A DNA stretch of 64,000 nucleotides from Octopus sinensis (GCF_006345805.1 NC_043017.1:20398001-20462000), one strand, 5' to 3'. Shown: positions 49,992 through 62,773, counted from the first letter of the stretch. Notes: generated from the letters alone by a model not told the origin. Made by a program: numbers and translations.

Positions 49992-49995
<4 letters not shown>
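49686..49995 (+). mobile_element. tRNA-derived SINE, head H1 + tail T2, inserted in (TA)n
   Basis: GTGGAGGTGCAATGGCCCAATGGTTAGGGC...GGTTTCGATTCCC, with tail as in 34115-34220. Confidence 0.85.
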
Positions 49996-50028
<33 letters not shown>

Positions 50029-50052
50029 CATGTGACAATTAGTTAGTTGTCA

Positions 50053-50115
50053 TAATAAAACTCAGAGTTTCAGATACTGGGGCTGAAGTCTGCTCTGGCA
50101 TCTCGTCAATTATTA
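50053..50115 (-). ncRNA. Type I hammerhead motif with C3U core change
   Basis: UAAUAA-UUGACGA-G...-GAAA-CUCUGAG-UU^-UUAUUA. Confidence 0.5.
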
Positions 50116-50133
50116 AGACAAAGCGTTTTGTCT

Positions 50134-50196
50134 TAATAACTGATGAGATGCCAGAGCGGACTTCATCTCTGGTAAGCAAAACTCAGAGTTTTATTA
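50134..50196 (+). ncRNA. Type I hammerhead motif with G12A core change
   Basis: UAAUAA-CUGAUGA-G-A-UGCCAGAG-(10 nt)-CUCUGGUA-AG-C-AAAA-CUCAGAG-UU^-UUAUUA. Confidence 0.55.
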
Positions 50197-50243
50197 TGGC
50201 AACCAACTAATTGTCACATATTATATTTATAGATAAATTCCTC

Positions 50244-50439
50244 TATTTTACATAATATCAAGGTCTCATTTATTCCCTACCTTAGCATCGGAGTTCAGAA
50301 AGAACATTTTTACAGTACCTCTACCATTGAACTGGTTCGACACTTTAAGTCAGTGGTTTTCCCAACAATGGTTTCAAACCCTTTTATTTAAATGAGTTTT
50401 TCCCACAGACCCCTTTTAGTATGCTTATCCTCATGTATG

Positions 50440-50483
<44 letters not shown>

Positions 50484-51243
50484 GAAATAAGGTACTCAGA
50501 AATCTGGATGGTTTTATTACTCTTTTCTCTTTTTACTCTTTTATTTGTTTCAGTCATTTTGACTGCGGCCATGCTGGAGCACCGCCTTTAGTCGAGCAAA
50601 TCGACCCCGCGACTTATTCTTTGTAAGCCCAGTACTTATTCTATCGGTCTCTTTTGCCGAACCGCTAAGTGACGGGGACGTGAACACACCAGCATCAGTT
50701 GTCAAGCAATGCTAGGGGGACAAACACAGACACACAAACACACACACACACATATATATATATACATATATACGACAGGCTTCTTTCAGTTTCCGTCTAC
50801 CAAATCCACTCACAAGGCATTAGTCGGCCCGGGGCTATAGCAGAAGACACTTGCCCAAGATGCCACGCAGTGGGACTGAACCCAGAACCATGTGGTTGGT
50901 TAGCAAGCTACTTACCACACAGCCACTCCTGCGCCTATATTATACAGATTTTTATATTTACAGATTTTTATTAATATGTCATATATTAGCGCTTGCATCT
51001 ATTCTAGTAGACACTCCAGATTTGAATGACTTGAATATATATATTTACATACATGAGGATAAGCATACTAAAAGGGGCCTGTGGGAAAAACTCATTTAAA
51101 TAAAAGGGTTTCAAACCATTGTTGGGGAAACCACTGACTTAAAGTGTCGAACCAGTTCAATGGTAGAGGTACTATAAAAATGTTCTTTCTGAACTCCGAT
51201 GCTAAGGTAGGGAATAAATGAGACCTTGATATTATGTAAAATA
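50244..51243. repeat. Inverted repeat with arms of about 209 bp (50244-50452, 51035-51243)
   Basis: Near-identical reverse complements. The spacer of about 580 bp contains a family A SINE. Confidence 0.9.
50521..50936 (-). mobile_element. Family A SINE, full length
   Basis: Reverse-complement match to 11372-11798. Confidence 0.9.
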
Positions 51244-51247
51244 AAAA

Positions 51248-51415
51248 ACACCCACTACACTCGCGGAGTGGTTGGCGTTAGGAAGGGCATCCAGCCGTAG
51301 AAACACTGCCAGATCTGACTGGGCCTGACGAAGCCTTCCAGCTTCACAGACCCCAGTTGACCCGTCCAATCCATGCTAGCATGGAAAGCGGACGCTAAAT
51401 GATGATGATGATGAT
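51248..51415 (+). mobile_element. Family C element 3' part
   Basis: ACCCACTACACTCGCGGAGTGGTTGGCGTTAGGAAGGGCATCCAGCCG...(GAT)n. Confidence 0.85.
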
Positions 51416-51465
51416 ATATATATATATATTATATATATATATATATATATATGAAATTTTGAATT

Positions 51466-51706
51466 TACAAGGTGGCCCAATAGTAGGTTTACAGCTATCA
51501 CGTAGGCACTTTGAATTTCTTTTAAAACATCTTATTACATTTAAATATCTGTCTTACAAACTGAAAAGGGGAGCTTAACAAAATTAACTAAATTAGCATA
51601 GAATAAGGGTTTCATATTTTTTTGATAATTAAGATTTAAACTGTTGATATATGAATGAGAAAGAGATAGTTGAATAACCGTAAACCTACTTTTGGACCAC
51701 CCTGTA
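51466..51706. mobile_element. Tc1/mariner-type MITE
   Basis: TA-CAAGGTGGCCCAATAGTAGGTTTAC and GTAAACCTACTTTTGGACCACCCTG-TA. Confidence 0.8.
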
Positions 51707-53769
51707 GTTCACGGACCCCCATTACTAGCTTTGAGGACAACCAAGGGTCCACGGACCCCAGGTTGGGAACCACAGCTTTAAGTCATTCAAACCACGTGGT
51801 TATACAAGAGGAGCTCAAAAAGTGTGTGTGATTGTGTGTATGCATGTCTCCGTGTGTTTCTGTATGTGTATGTGTGTGTATGTACACATATGTATATGTA
51901 TGTGTGTGTGTGTTTGCTTGTTAGTCAAAAAAAACTTTGGCTCACTAATGCCAATTATATTTTTGTCTACTCACAGTAGACAAAAGGGCAGCAAAATAAT
52001 TGTATCTTTTAATTAAAGGAAACGTTTTAACAGAAAGCCTTTTAAAACCACTTTTTTTTTTTTTGAGAATGTTTCTATTATAAGGACAAAAAATTCCTGT
52101 ATAACTACAGAAGCGTACCTCCACCCACTTTCTTTCTGAAAAATGGATGTTTTTCAAATAAAATTTTCAATTTTAAAAGCAAACATATCTGCTTATAAAA
52201 CATCTGTCACCCTGTGAAATGTGAGACTATTTTAGTGTCCCCTATTTGATCTCTCACATTAATACCTACATTTGTGTGTGTGTCTGTGTGTGTAATTAAT
52301 TATGAAAATAGGAAATGAATGGATTAAATTTTAATTTAACAAAGCTAAACTTTACTTAAATTACTTGCATGAATTTTCAGTTTGGTTAATTATAATATTA
52401 AATATCAGGTAAACTAACTGCTTACACTGCAGTATTAATTACTTTCTAATTGACTTGTTATTATTCAATTTATTTACAAAACTAACCACTTGCTAATAAA
52501 AGCAAGTTATAAGTTGATCTCATTAATACAGAAAAGGAGAAGGGAAAACAAACTAAGAGGAAGAAGCTATAATATACAAAGTGGAAAAGAAAATATAAAC
52601 CTTGAATGAACATGTGACCTAATTCAACTGTTTGTTCATATTATATACATCGGCAATATCGCTATCACGGAAATTAACAAACCCCAAGAGAGGGTTAATA
52701 GTTACATTCATATTTGTATTTCATTTAACCCCAAAACCACTGAGAGAAAGAAGAATGGGTTAACATGCAGTTTATGGTAATAAAATAGTGAAAGTAAATT
52801 GTCCTAAAGAACGTGAAAGTAAATTGCTATAGAAACTGGTAGTGACGCCCCAAAATTTCCTGATAAGAACATAAAGAACTCCCTCATTGTGCTACATCCA
52901 CAGATATCACATAACAGAGATAACAGAATGTCACTTCCAGTTTCTATTGCAATTCACTTTCAATTTTTTAAGAAAATTTACTTTCACTTTTTTATGACTG
53001 TAAACTGAATATTTAATGAAAGACATTCTTTATAGATAAAGTTAGTTTTAAATAAACTGAATACCGAAAAAGAAAAAAATTCATTTTCCCTTTAACTGCA
53101 ACAAAATTCAATTCCTTAATTAAAAAAAGAAAACAAAACCTAATTAAGTTAGCTATTCCCAAAAGTTATATAAATTGTTTAATTAACTCCAGCAATAGTA
53201 TTGCATGTAATTGTGTTAGTGTACTACCAAACATAAGTTTCCATTAGTACAACCATTGATGTAATTTACGTGTGAAACAGCAGGTGGTTGCCAGGAGCAT
53301 TTGATCTTCAAATAAATTCACATCACTTCCTCTCATGCAATATTTTCTCAGAATTAATTATCAATCATTCTGATAACGAACTTATTGAACACTTCCACAT
53401 TAATCAAGGCGGTCATATTTCTAATTTTGATGTTGTTAAGATAATGCAAACACAGGATTTTTTTACGTGACAAGGCCACATGGCACAATGGTCATCTATC
53501 TATTGTTTCACAGCCCATATTGCGTCCCCTTCATCATTGCACCACGTTGCATTTTGTGCATTTTTTTTTCACCCAATCCTTCCTCTTCAAAACTTTATCC
53601 CACTGAAATCTCTTCCCTACTTTTCTCGTGGTTTTTACTGCAGTCATCACTTGGTAACAGTTGAACATGAATGTCAAAATACATCAACTTAGCGACCAGT
53701 CTGGAGCAGAGTCCATAAATGCTCATGGTTGTAGCTGCTTTCTCTTAAACTATGATGATGATGATGATT

Positions 53770-53992
53770 CAAATTTTGGCACGAGGCCAGCAAGTTGAAG
53801 GGAGGAGATAAGTCGTTTACATTGACCCCGGTGCTCAACTGGTACTTATATCATTGACCTTAGGAGGATTAAAAGTAAAGTTTACAAAATGGAATTTGAA
53901 CACAAAAAAGCCAGAAGTGCTGCTGTTTAGCACTTTATCCACTGTACTAACTCTGCCAGCTCACCACCACTACCACCACCATCACCACACAA

Positions 53993-54023
<31 letters not shown>

Positions 54024-54480
54024 AAGAAGAAGAAGAAGAAGAAGAAGAAGAAGAAGAGGAGAAGAACTTTGGCACACAGCCGGCAATTTCACAAGAGGGG
54101 ATAAGTCGATTACATCAACCCCAGCACTCAACTGGTACTTATTTTGTCAACCCTGAAAGTATGAAAGGCAAAGTCAGCTTCAGCAGAGTTTGAACTCAGA
54201 ATGTAAAGACAGACAAAATACCGCTAAGCATTTCGCCCGGCATGCTAACGTTTCTGTCAGCTCACTGCCTTGAAACAATAATATAATCTTTTCTACTCTA
54301 GGCACAAGGCCTGAAATTTTGAGGGAGGGGGCCAGTCGATTAGATCGATCCCAGAATGCAACCGGGACTTAATTTAACGATCCTGAAAGGAAGAAAGGCA
54401 AAGTCAACCTCAGAACATAAAGACATGCGAAATACCGCTAAGTACTTCACCTGGGGTGCTAACGATTCTGCCAGCCTCAC
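53770..54480 (-). mobile_element. Cluster of three family B SINEs with a pure (GAA)n run at about 53995-54060
   Basis: Three repeats of the head block and tail variant. Confidence 0.75.
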
Positions 54481-54585
54481 TCCCTTAAAATTGAGAAAAA
54501 CTGAGAAATAACGGGACCTAACAAGAGAAATGAAGAAATGGAGAAATTTCAGAAGCCAAAGATGATAATTATTCTGGTGGTATTT

Positions 54586-54985
54586 AGGCGCAGGAGTGGC
54601 TGTGTGGTAAGTAGCTTGCTTACCAGCCACATGGTTCCGGGTTCAGTCCCACTGCGTGGCATCTTGGGCAAGTGTCTTCTGCTATAGCCTCGGGCCGACC
54701 AATACCTTGTGAGTGGATTTGGTAGATGGAAACTGAAAGAAGCCTGTCATATATATGTGTATGTGTGTGTATATGTTTGTGTGTCTGTGTTTGTCCCCCT
54801 AGCATTGCTTGACAACCGATGCTGGTGTGTTTACGTCCCCGTCACTTAGCAGTACGGCAAAAGAGACCGATAGAATAAGTACTGGGCTTACAAAGAATAA
54901 GTCCCGGGGTCGATGTGCTCGACTAAAAGCGGGGCTCCAGCATGGCTGCAGTCAAATGACTGAAACAAGTAAAAGATAAAAGAAG
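54586..54985 (+). mobile_element. Family A SINE, full length
   Basis: Colinear match to 11372-11798. Confidence 0.9.
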
Positions 54986-56187
54986 AAAGATATTTTGGCA
55001 CAATCCTCTAAATGCTGTCTAAGAGACTAAAGGATATTGGAACAGAGATATGCATGATAACCTGCAGAAGAGTGCCATCCTTTATTCTGTGATGCATTTT
55101 TCTGATGTTCTAATGATTCTGCCAGCTCACTGTCATTGTTAGCAACAACAACTACAATAACAACAATAATAATAGTGATAACAATAAACTTATTAGAGTG
55201 CAGTGTTCGTTTGACTGCAATTAGATTAATGAAAATACCAGGGCCTGAGTTAGTGCAATAAATACACCAACAGTAACTGGAATCTTTGATACTAATGTTT
55301 GTACAGTAACGAGATGAACGGTTGATTGGGACTCCATAATGGAAATAGGTTGTGTCTCCCAATGCAAGAATGTGTGTGTGTGTGTGTGTGTGTGTTTGTC
55401 TGGGTATGTGTGTATTCGTAAGGAAAGGTACAAAACGAGGTGACACAGTGCAAATGGAAAGAGCTGGGAGTTTCCCTTTCGTCAGATTTCCTGACAAAAG
55501 GAATTTGCAGTTTTGGCATTTAGGATAATACTATGAAACTAAAGGTCATGCCATCAGCCTTGGATATGGTTGGTAATGGCGGATCCAATGCGGATGAGAT
55601 TAAGAAAATCCAAGGAATGCACATGCACATATATATATATACGTGTGTTTTTTGTTTTTTTTACTTGTTTCAGTCATTAAGCTGTGGCCATGCTGGGGCA
55701 CCACCTTGAAGGAGTTTAGTCAAAGGAATTAACCTAGGTGCTTATTTTTTTAAGCCTGATATTTACTCTATCAGCCTTTTTTGCTGAACCACTAATTTAC
55801 GGGGACATGAACATACCAACACCAGTTGTCAAGCGGTTGCAGGGGACAAACACACACACAAACACACATACATACAGCTTCTTTCAGTTTCTGTCAACCA
55901 AATCTACTCACAAGACTTCAGTAGACTTGAGACTAAAGTGGAAGACATTTGCCCAACATGCCACACATGAATTTAGTATAACTCTGTAACATAGAGACTT
56001 ATACCAAATCCATTTTCTGTTTCCTTAACCAATTATTATCTCAACTAACACAGCGGAATTCCTGAAGTAGATCCAATGGGAATATACCCCAACTACAGAT
56101 GATACCAGGTAGCCCAAACCATGCCAGTGCTTTACTCAACATATTAACACACTAATTGACATATACCCATTAATCCAAAATATTACA

Positions 56188-56434
56188 TACAGGGTTGGCC
56201 CAAAGTCACCCGATAATAAATCAAAATTCCATAAATACTTAATATTAAATTTTATTTATTCATTCCAATTATGCATGTTTAATAATTAAATGCTGTGATT
56301 TAAAATCACCATTTGTTTTTTTTCAACCTTTGTCTATTTATTAGTGAAATCCCATGCAAAATAATGTTTTTGTTTTAGTCTTGGAATTAAATGGGTTTTG
56401 ATTTACTGTCAGGTGACTTTTGGCTAACCGTGTA
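56188..56434. mobile_element. Tc1/mariner-type MITE
   Basis: TA-CAGGGTTGGCCCAAAGTCACCCGA and TCAGGTGACTTTTGGCTAACCGTG-TA. Confidence 0.7.
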
Positions 56435-56919
56435 TCTCTATATATGTATCTATGATGGGCTCCCAAATTCATTCTCAAAAGCTTTGTTCAGTTTGAGCCT
56501 ATAGTAAAAGCCACTAGCCTAAGATCGAACCCAGAACCATGTGGTTGGGAAGCATACTTTTTACCACACAGCTATGCCTGAACCTATTAGCTACCATCAA
56601 AGGTTACACAGTTATAGATGTATATATGAGTGATATATTATTGATATATCTGTGTGTATGTGTGTGTGTGTGTGTATGTATGTGTGTGAGTGTGAATAGT
56701 TTGCAAATATGTGTAATGTTTAATATATCTAGATACGTTTATACAGGCAATTTTTTTTTTTTATATCTTTTATCACTGACAATAATTTTGTTTTACATTT
56801 TGTGTGCGATAAATATAAAACAGTTCCAACATGCACTGATTGATTCCATCTTGGTTTAGGAAGGGATTTGGGGGTCGGAGAAGGAAAATATGCAGGAAAC
56901 CAAATGAATACAGACGCCC

Positions 56920-56971
<52 letters not shown>

Positions 56972-58612
56972 TATGTATATATATATGTATATATACATAC
57001 ACATACATACATATGTGTGTGAATAAATATGGTGTTTACGGAGAAATTCCATCCGATCATCCATCCATCCATCCATCCATTTATTCATCTGTCTATTGGA
57101 ATTCGGATGGAAAAGAAGATGGGGAGGAGGGTAAGTGTAGCCGATTGTGGTGGAGGTGGTGGTGGGGGTGATGGCGAAGGTCATCAGTATAGAGATTGAG
57201 AGAGAGAGAGAAACAGAGATAAAGATATAGATGTCTAGACAGATAGACAGATAGATAGTCAGAGAGAGAGATAAATAGAGAGATAGAGAGATAAATTGAT
57301 AGATAAGGGGAGAGATAGGGAAGAGATGGATAGATAGATTGATAGATAAGGGGAGAGATAGAGAAGAAGTGATGGCCCCGTTCTGTATCAAAGATATCAT
57401 AATTTGGAGATGTCATTGAAGCCATTGATCAGATTGCGTCAATGACAATCGCGACCGGCGCATCTCCAGCACCACCACCCAACCGACCACGTCTGGGGCT
57501 GTTGCTGCTGTCATTGTCATCATCATCATCATCGTCAACACCGTCGTTTTGTCATCTTACCACTCCCGCCATGACCATCACTACCGCCACCTGCACCACC
57601 ACCACCACCGTGACAAATCTCACTCTGTAAAATCGGAAGGAGGCTGGCGGTGCGGGGTGACAAGGATGCCTATACCAATGACAGAATGAATGGTAGGGGT
57701 GGTTGGGCGAGATGAGCCTGAGAGAGGTGGGGGTGAGGTACGAAAATATTTGTTACTTTTACCAGTCGCTGTCTGTCTGTCTGTCTGTCTGTCTCTTTCT
57801 TTCTCTTCTTTTTTCTTTGCAGATAATATTACCAGTCACCTATCTACACAACACCCCCTTCGTTTGTTCAGACCCCTCCTCTGTGTCCAACCCCTCCTCA
57901 CACACACACACACACACAGGGACCCCTCCCACCCCATTCCTCCTTCTCTGCACCACCCCACCCTCATCTTCATTCCAATGAATGACCACCAACCAGGTTT
58001 CTTCACTGATCTCATGCCTTTGTTTATTTGTCCATGCTTGTTTATTATTATTATTTTTTTTGTTTGCTTGTTGTTCACAACCATTACACACACCACCACC
58101 ACCACCACCACCATTGTCATCACCCACCTCTCCTTGGTGCTTCCATCACATTTACAGCCACCACCACCATTGTCATTGCCATCGCTCTCTCTCTCTCTCT
58201 CTAGCACCCACCTCCCCTCGGTGCTTCTGTCACAGATACAGACACCACCACCACCACCACCACCTTGTCAACCATTTATCTCCCCCACCTTACTGCTTAG
58301 TTTAATAGAATAAGAGACAGGGAGTAGCAAAGAGAAGTGGAGGAGGCAGCTGGGGATGTAAGAGCCGAAAGTCATTCATGTGTGAATGTTATTTACTAAT
58401 TTGATCTAGCAATGAATAATTTCTCTCCTTAACCACCACAAAACACAGACACATATACATGTGTGTGAGTGTGTGTATACATATATACACACACATACAT
58501 ATATAAGCATATATATAAATACATATGCATATACATATATATATATATATATGTGTGTATATATATATTATATGTGTGTGTGTGTGTGTATATATATGTG
58601 TATATATATATA

Positions 58613-58644
<32 letters not shown>

Positions 58645-58648
58645 ATAT

Positions 58649-58680
<32 letters not shown>

Positions 58681-58692
58681 ATATATATATAT

Positions 58693-58781
<89 letters not shown>

Positions 58782-60047
58782 AGCACACATGTATGTATAT
58801 GTGGATATCTGAGTGTAACCATCTCGAAGGAATGTCACAAATGGAATAAGATAGGAATGTAAATATAGATGTCTCTAAGAAAAAAAGAAACAAAATGAAA
58901 CAAAACGAAACAAAACAAACAAGCAAAACACAAAAAGAAAAAGAAAATTTGAAAAGAAACGAAGAAAAAAAAGCAATGACGAGGGTTGGGCGGCGGAAAG
59001 ATGAAGCCATTAAGGGGTGGTTGTCACCATTGTTGTTGGTGGTGTTGTTGTTGTGGTCGATGGATGGTGGAAGAGACTAAGGGAATGAGAAAAGCGACAA
59101 ATAAATAAATAGATAAAAATATAAATAAATGTAAAAATGTAAAAAATATGAATATAAATAATAATAAAAAATTTAGTAAAATAAGCAACGTTAGAGTGAA
59201 ATATCAAATATTTACAAATAATTAAGATTTTATGTCTTATTGCACCTCAGTAGAATATGCTGGAATTTGTAAAGAAGAATGAGAGAGAGAGAGAGAGAGA
59301 AAAAGAGAGAGAGAGAGAGAGAGAGAGAAAAAGAGAGAGAGAGAGAGAAAGAGGGAGGTAGATGAGAGAGAGAGAGAGGAAGGATGTGAATGAGAGATGC
59401 GTGTCTGTGGGTGTTTGAATGTGTATATGTGTGTGCACACTTGTATGTGTTTAAGTGTGTGTATGTTTCTGTGCGAGTGCATACGTGTAAGCATATGTGT
59501 GAGTATGCATGTGTACATGTGTGTGTGTGTCTTTGTGTATGTTTGTAAGTGCTTAAGTGTGTATGTGTGTGCATATGTTTTTGTGCATATGTGTATATAC
59601 ATTTGTGTGTGTATGTGTACATGCATGTATGTATGCGTATTTGTTTTTGTGCATATGTGTGAGTATATACATGTGTATATGCGTGTTTGTGTGTGTATGT
59701 GTATATTTGCATATGTTTAAGTGTGTATGTGTGCATATTTGTTTTCGTGCATATGTGTGAGTATATACAATTGTGTGTGTATGTATGTGTACGTGCATGG
59801 ATGTATATGTGTGTATCTGTTGAAACATCCCATTTTTTTCAATTTGTCAACTTTGAAAATAAATAAATAAATGCTTCCCCCATTCCAGCCATAGCCTACT
59901 CCACGGTGCCCTCCCCACCCATTGCTGTCACCAAAATGTGTCATTCTTGTAGTTACTTCATGCATCAATGGTCTTACAAGACTTCTTTGCCATGGTTTAT
60001 GTTTTATCATTTTTTTTGCATGTCTTTTGTTTTTGTTTTCTTTTCAG

Positions 60048-60081
60048 AGGCGGGGCAGGACGGAGGTGTAGCGGGGGGAGA
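60048..60081 (+). other. Candidate 34-nt exon
   Basis: Long pyrimidine tract ending TTTTCAG at 60047 and donor-like GTGAGT at 60082. No transcript evidence. Confidence 0.25.
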
Positions 60082-61249
60082 GTGAGTACATTGCTTTTCC
60101 TGCACTTTCCTCACCACCACCACCAACTATAACCACTGTTGCCATCATCACAGCCATCACCACCTTGTCCCATTCTGTTCCTCCATGCCTCTAGCTTTCT
60201 ACTTTCACTTTCAAGAGCTTCTATACTTATTTCCTGCATAACTTTCTCCTCTTCTTTGTCCACACCACCTGCCTTGCCACACACACACACACACACAAGC
60301 ATACAGCTTGTTCTATGTATTATAGGAATGATGTGACGACGGGCAGCGCAGGGTGCCACAGCAGCAGTTTGGGGTTACAGAGGCATAGGATGACATGTAC
60401 ATCAGAGGGAGAAGCAACAAGATGAGAAGGAGAGTAAGGAATTTTGTCAAAGGCAAAACCAGGAACCGCAGACCAAAAGTGTGCGCGTGTGTGTGTGTCT
60501 GTGTAGGGTGGAAGGATGGAACAGGGTAGTTGAGGAATGGCAGCAGTGGTGGTGGGAGGAGCTGGGAGAAGAAGAAGGAAAAGAGGACACAGGGTCTGGG
60601 TTAGAACTGAGCCCATAAACCCTCTCTCCCCACCCATTCTTGAACATCAAAGAGACATCCCTAATTTTGTCATAGAAACAAATGGGACTAGCCCCATCCC
60701 CGAATTAAAGTGCCATTTCCTTCTCCCCCCCACCTGCTGATCTAGAAATGATTCTGCCAGCTCACCGCCTAAATACATACACACATACATGCATAGAAAC
60801 ATACACACACATATATACAAATGTATATATATATATATAGATACACATAACCATGCATAGACACATGTGTGTGCACACAGTAACTGACTGCATTGTTTGG
60901 TTGCAACAAGCGGCTTTGTTTGATGCCATTATGCCATTCCGATAGAGAAATCATGAGGAATTCCAGCTCAACAGGGGGTGACCTTCCTTCTTCAGCCAGA
61001 CATTGCCTGTCTTTGACTGTTCGATGACTAGTTGCTTCCATCAGACAATACATCCATTCCGGCACCTCTCCCGTCACCTACCATCACACTGAGTCAAAGG
61101 GGGTAACTTCTAGGTAGACCCTCGACTAAACAGAAATAGAAACCAGGTCTCATATGTCCTTCGTATCATGTCATGCCCTGCCAGGCCCGTAATTAAGAGG
61201 CATTGAGACCTTAAGCATTTAAAAGGTTCAGGTGCTCCCATATATCATC

Positions 61250-61620
61250 ATCATATCATCATCATTTACGTCGCTCTCCATGTAGCATGGGTTGGACGGT
61301 TAAATGTGGGGAGCCCGAAAAGCTGTGTCAGATCTGGCAGTGTGTTTCTACAGCTGGATGACCTTCCTAACGCCCAACCCATCCGAGAGTGTAGTGGGTG
61401 TGATATGTGCCAAACACGTAACGAGGGCTCAAAGAATGGATGGTGTATGTGGACCGAGCCAGACGATCTAAAGCCACGCTGGATGGGTTTTACCACGACA
61501 CAGGTACGAGGCTGCGACGGCCACGCTCGGATGGTGTTTTTAGGTGCCAGACACAGGTGCCAGACGAATAGCCACGCCTGGTGTTTTTATGTACCGACAC
61601 AGGTGCCAGGTGTGTGGTGT
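61250..61620 (-). mobile_element. Family C element, diverged
   Basis: (CAT)n tail, CTGGATGACCTTCCTAACGCC central motif and GGTGTTTTT..GTGCC units. Confidence 0.7.
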
Positions 61621-62129
61621 AGTTCAAAATATGATCCATAAAAAACCATAAAATGAATTTGAAATCAAACTAACAGGTACAGAAGTGGCTGTATGGTTAG
61701 TAGCTTGCTTCTAAAGCACATGGTTCTGGGTTCAGTCCCACTGCATGACACCTTGGGCAAGTGGCTTCTCCAATAGCCCTGGGTTTATAAAACTCTTGTG
61801 AGTGGATTTAACAAATGGAAATTGAAAGAATCCCAGCATATGTAAACTACATCTTTTACTTGTTTCAGTCATTGCTGAACTGCTAGATGATAGGAATATA
61901 AACAAACCAACACCAGTTGTCAATCAGTAGAGAAAGACACACACACACACACACGCATACACATATATAGGATGGCCTTCTTTCAGTTTCCATCTATTAA
62001 ATCTACTCACAAGGCTTTTGTTTGGCCCAGGGCAATAGTAGAAGCCACTTGCACAAAGTACCACACAGTGGGACTGAAGGTTGGGAAGCAAGCTTCAAGA
62101 AAAAAGGTGCAGACTGGAAAATATTCAAT

Positions 62130-62176
<47 letters not shown>

Positions 62177-62738
62177 TATGTAAAAAATGCCCACTACACT
62201 CTTGGAGTGATTGGCCTTAGGAAAGACATCCATCTGTAGAAACCTGGCCAGGTCAGATTGGAGCCTGGTGTAGCCACTGGCTCTCCAGACCTCAGTCAAA
62301 CCGTCCAACCCATGTCAGGATGGAAAATGGATGTTAAACGATGATGATGATGTTGATGATGCACTACATAATTCCTGAAATAAAAAGATGAGATGGTCAC
62401 GTCTGGAACACTTTTGATCTTGATCATATAAATCTGCTCAATCAGGGTTCTGACCTGACCTGGGACTAAACAACAACGATGACAACACATGAAATTTGAT
62501 TATTTTTCCAAACAAAAGGGTCCACCCGGCCCTTCCATCATTAATTCGGTTCCCCTGTGTTGTCATAGCAATGGAATGAGATCATGGGCCTTTAGAAATT
62601 GTTGCTAACTGCAGTGAGAATTGTTGCTTTTGTTGCTATTACTGTTATTGCTGCTGTTGTTGTTATTTAATCCCAGGTCAACCCTGATTGAGCAAAGTGA
62701 ACCATCAAAGACATTCCATTCCTGATCATCACTACATT

Positions 62739-62773
<35 letters not shown>

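Larger units (their letters stand above)
50030..50219. repeat. Imperfect 190-bp palindrome carrying two decayed hammerheads
   Basis: Centre GACAAA-GCGT-TTTGTC. The arms carry motifs at 50053-50115 (-) and 50134-50196 (+). Confidence 0.9.

Noticed and set aside
55455-55495. Minus-strand CUGACGA-AA-GGG-AAACU-CCC as a hammerhead
   Set aside because: No GAAA after the hairpin.
60769-61077. Minus-strand 102-aa ORF with a non-repetitive first half
   Set aside because: No recognisable homology or convincing splice sites, and it runs into (TA)/(TG) repeats.
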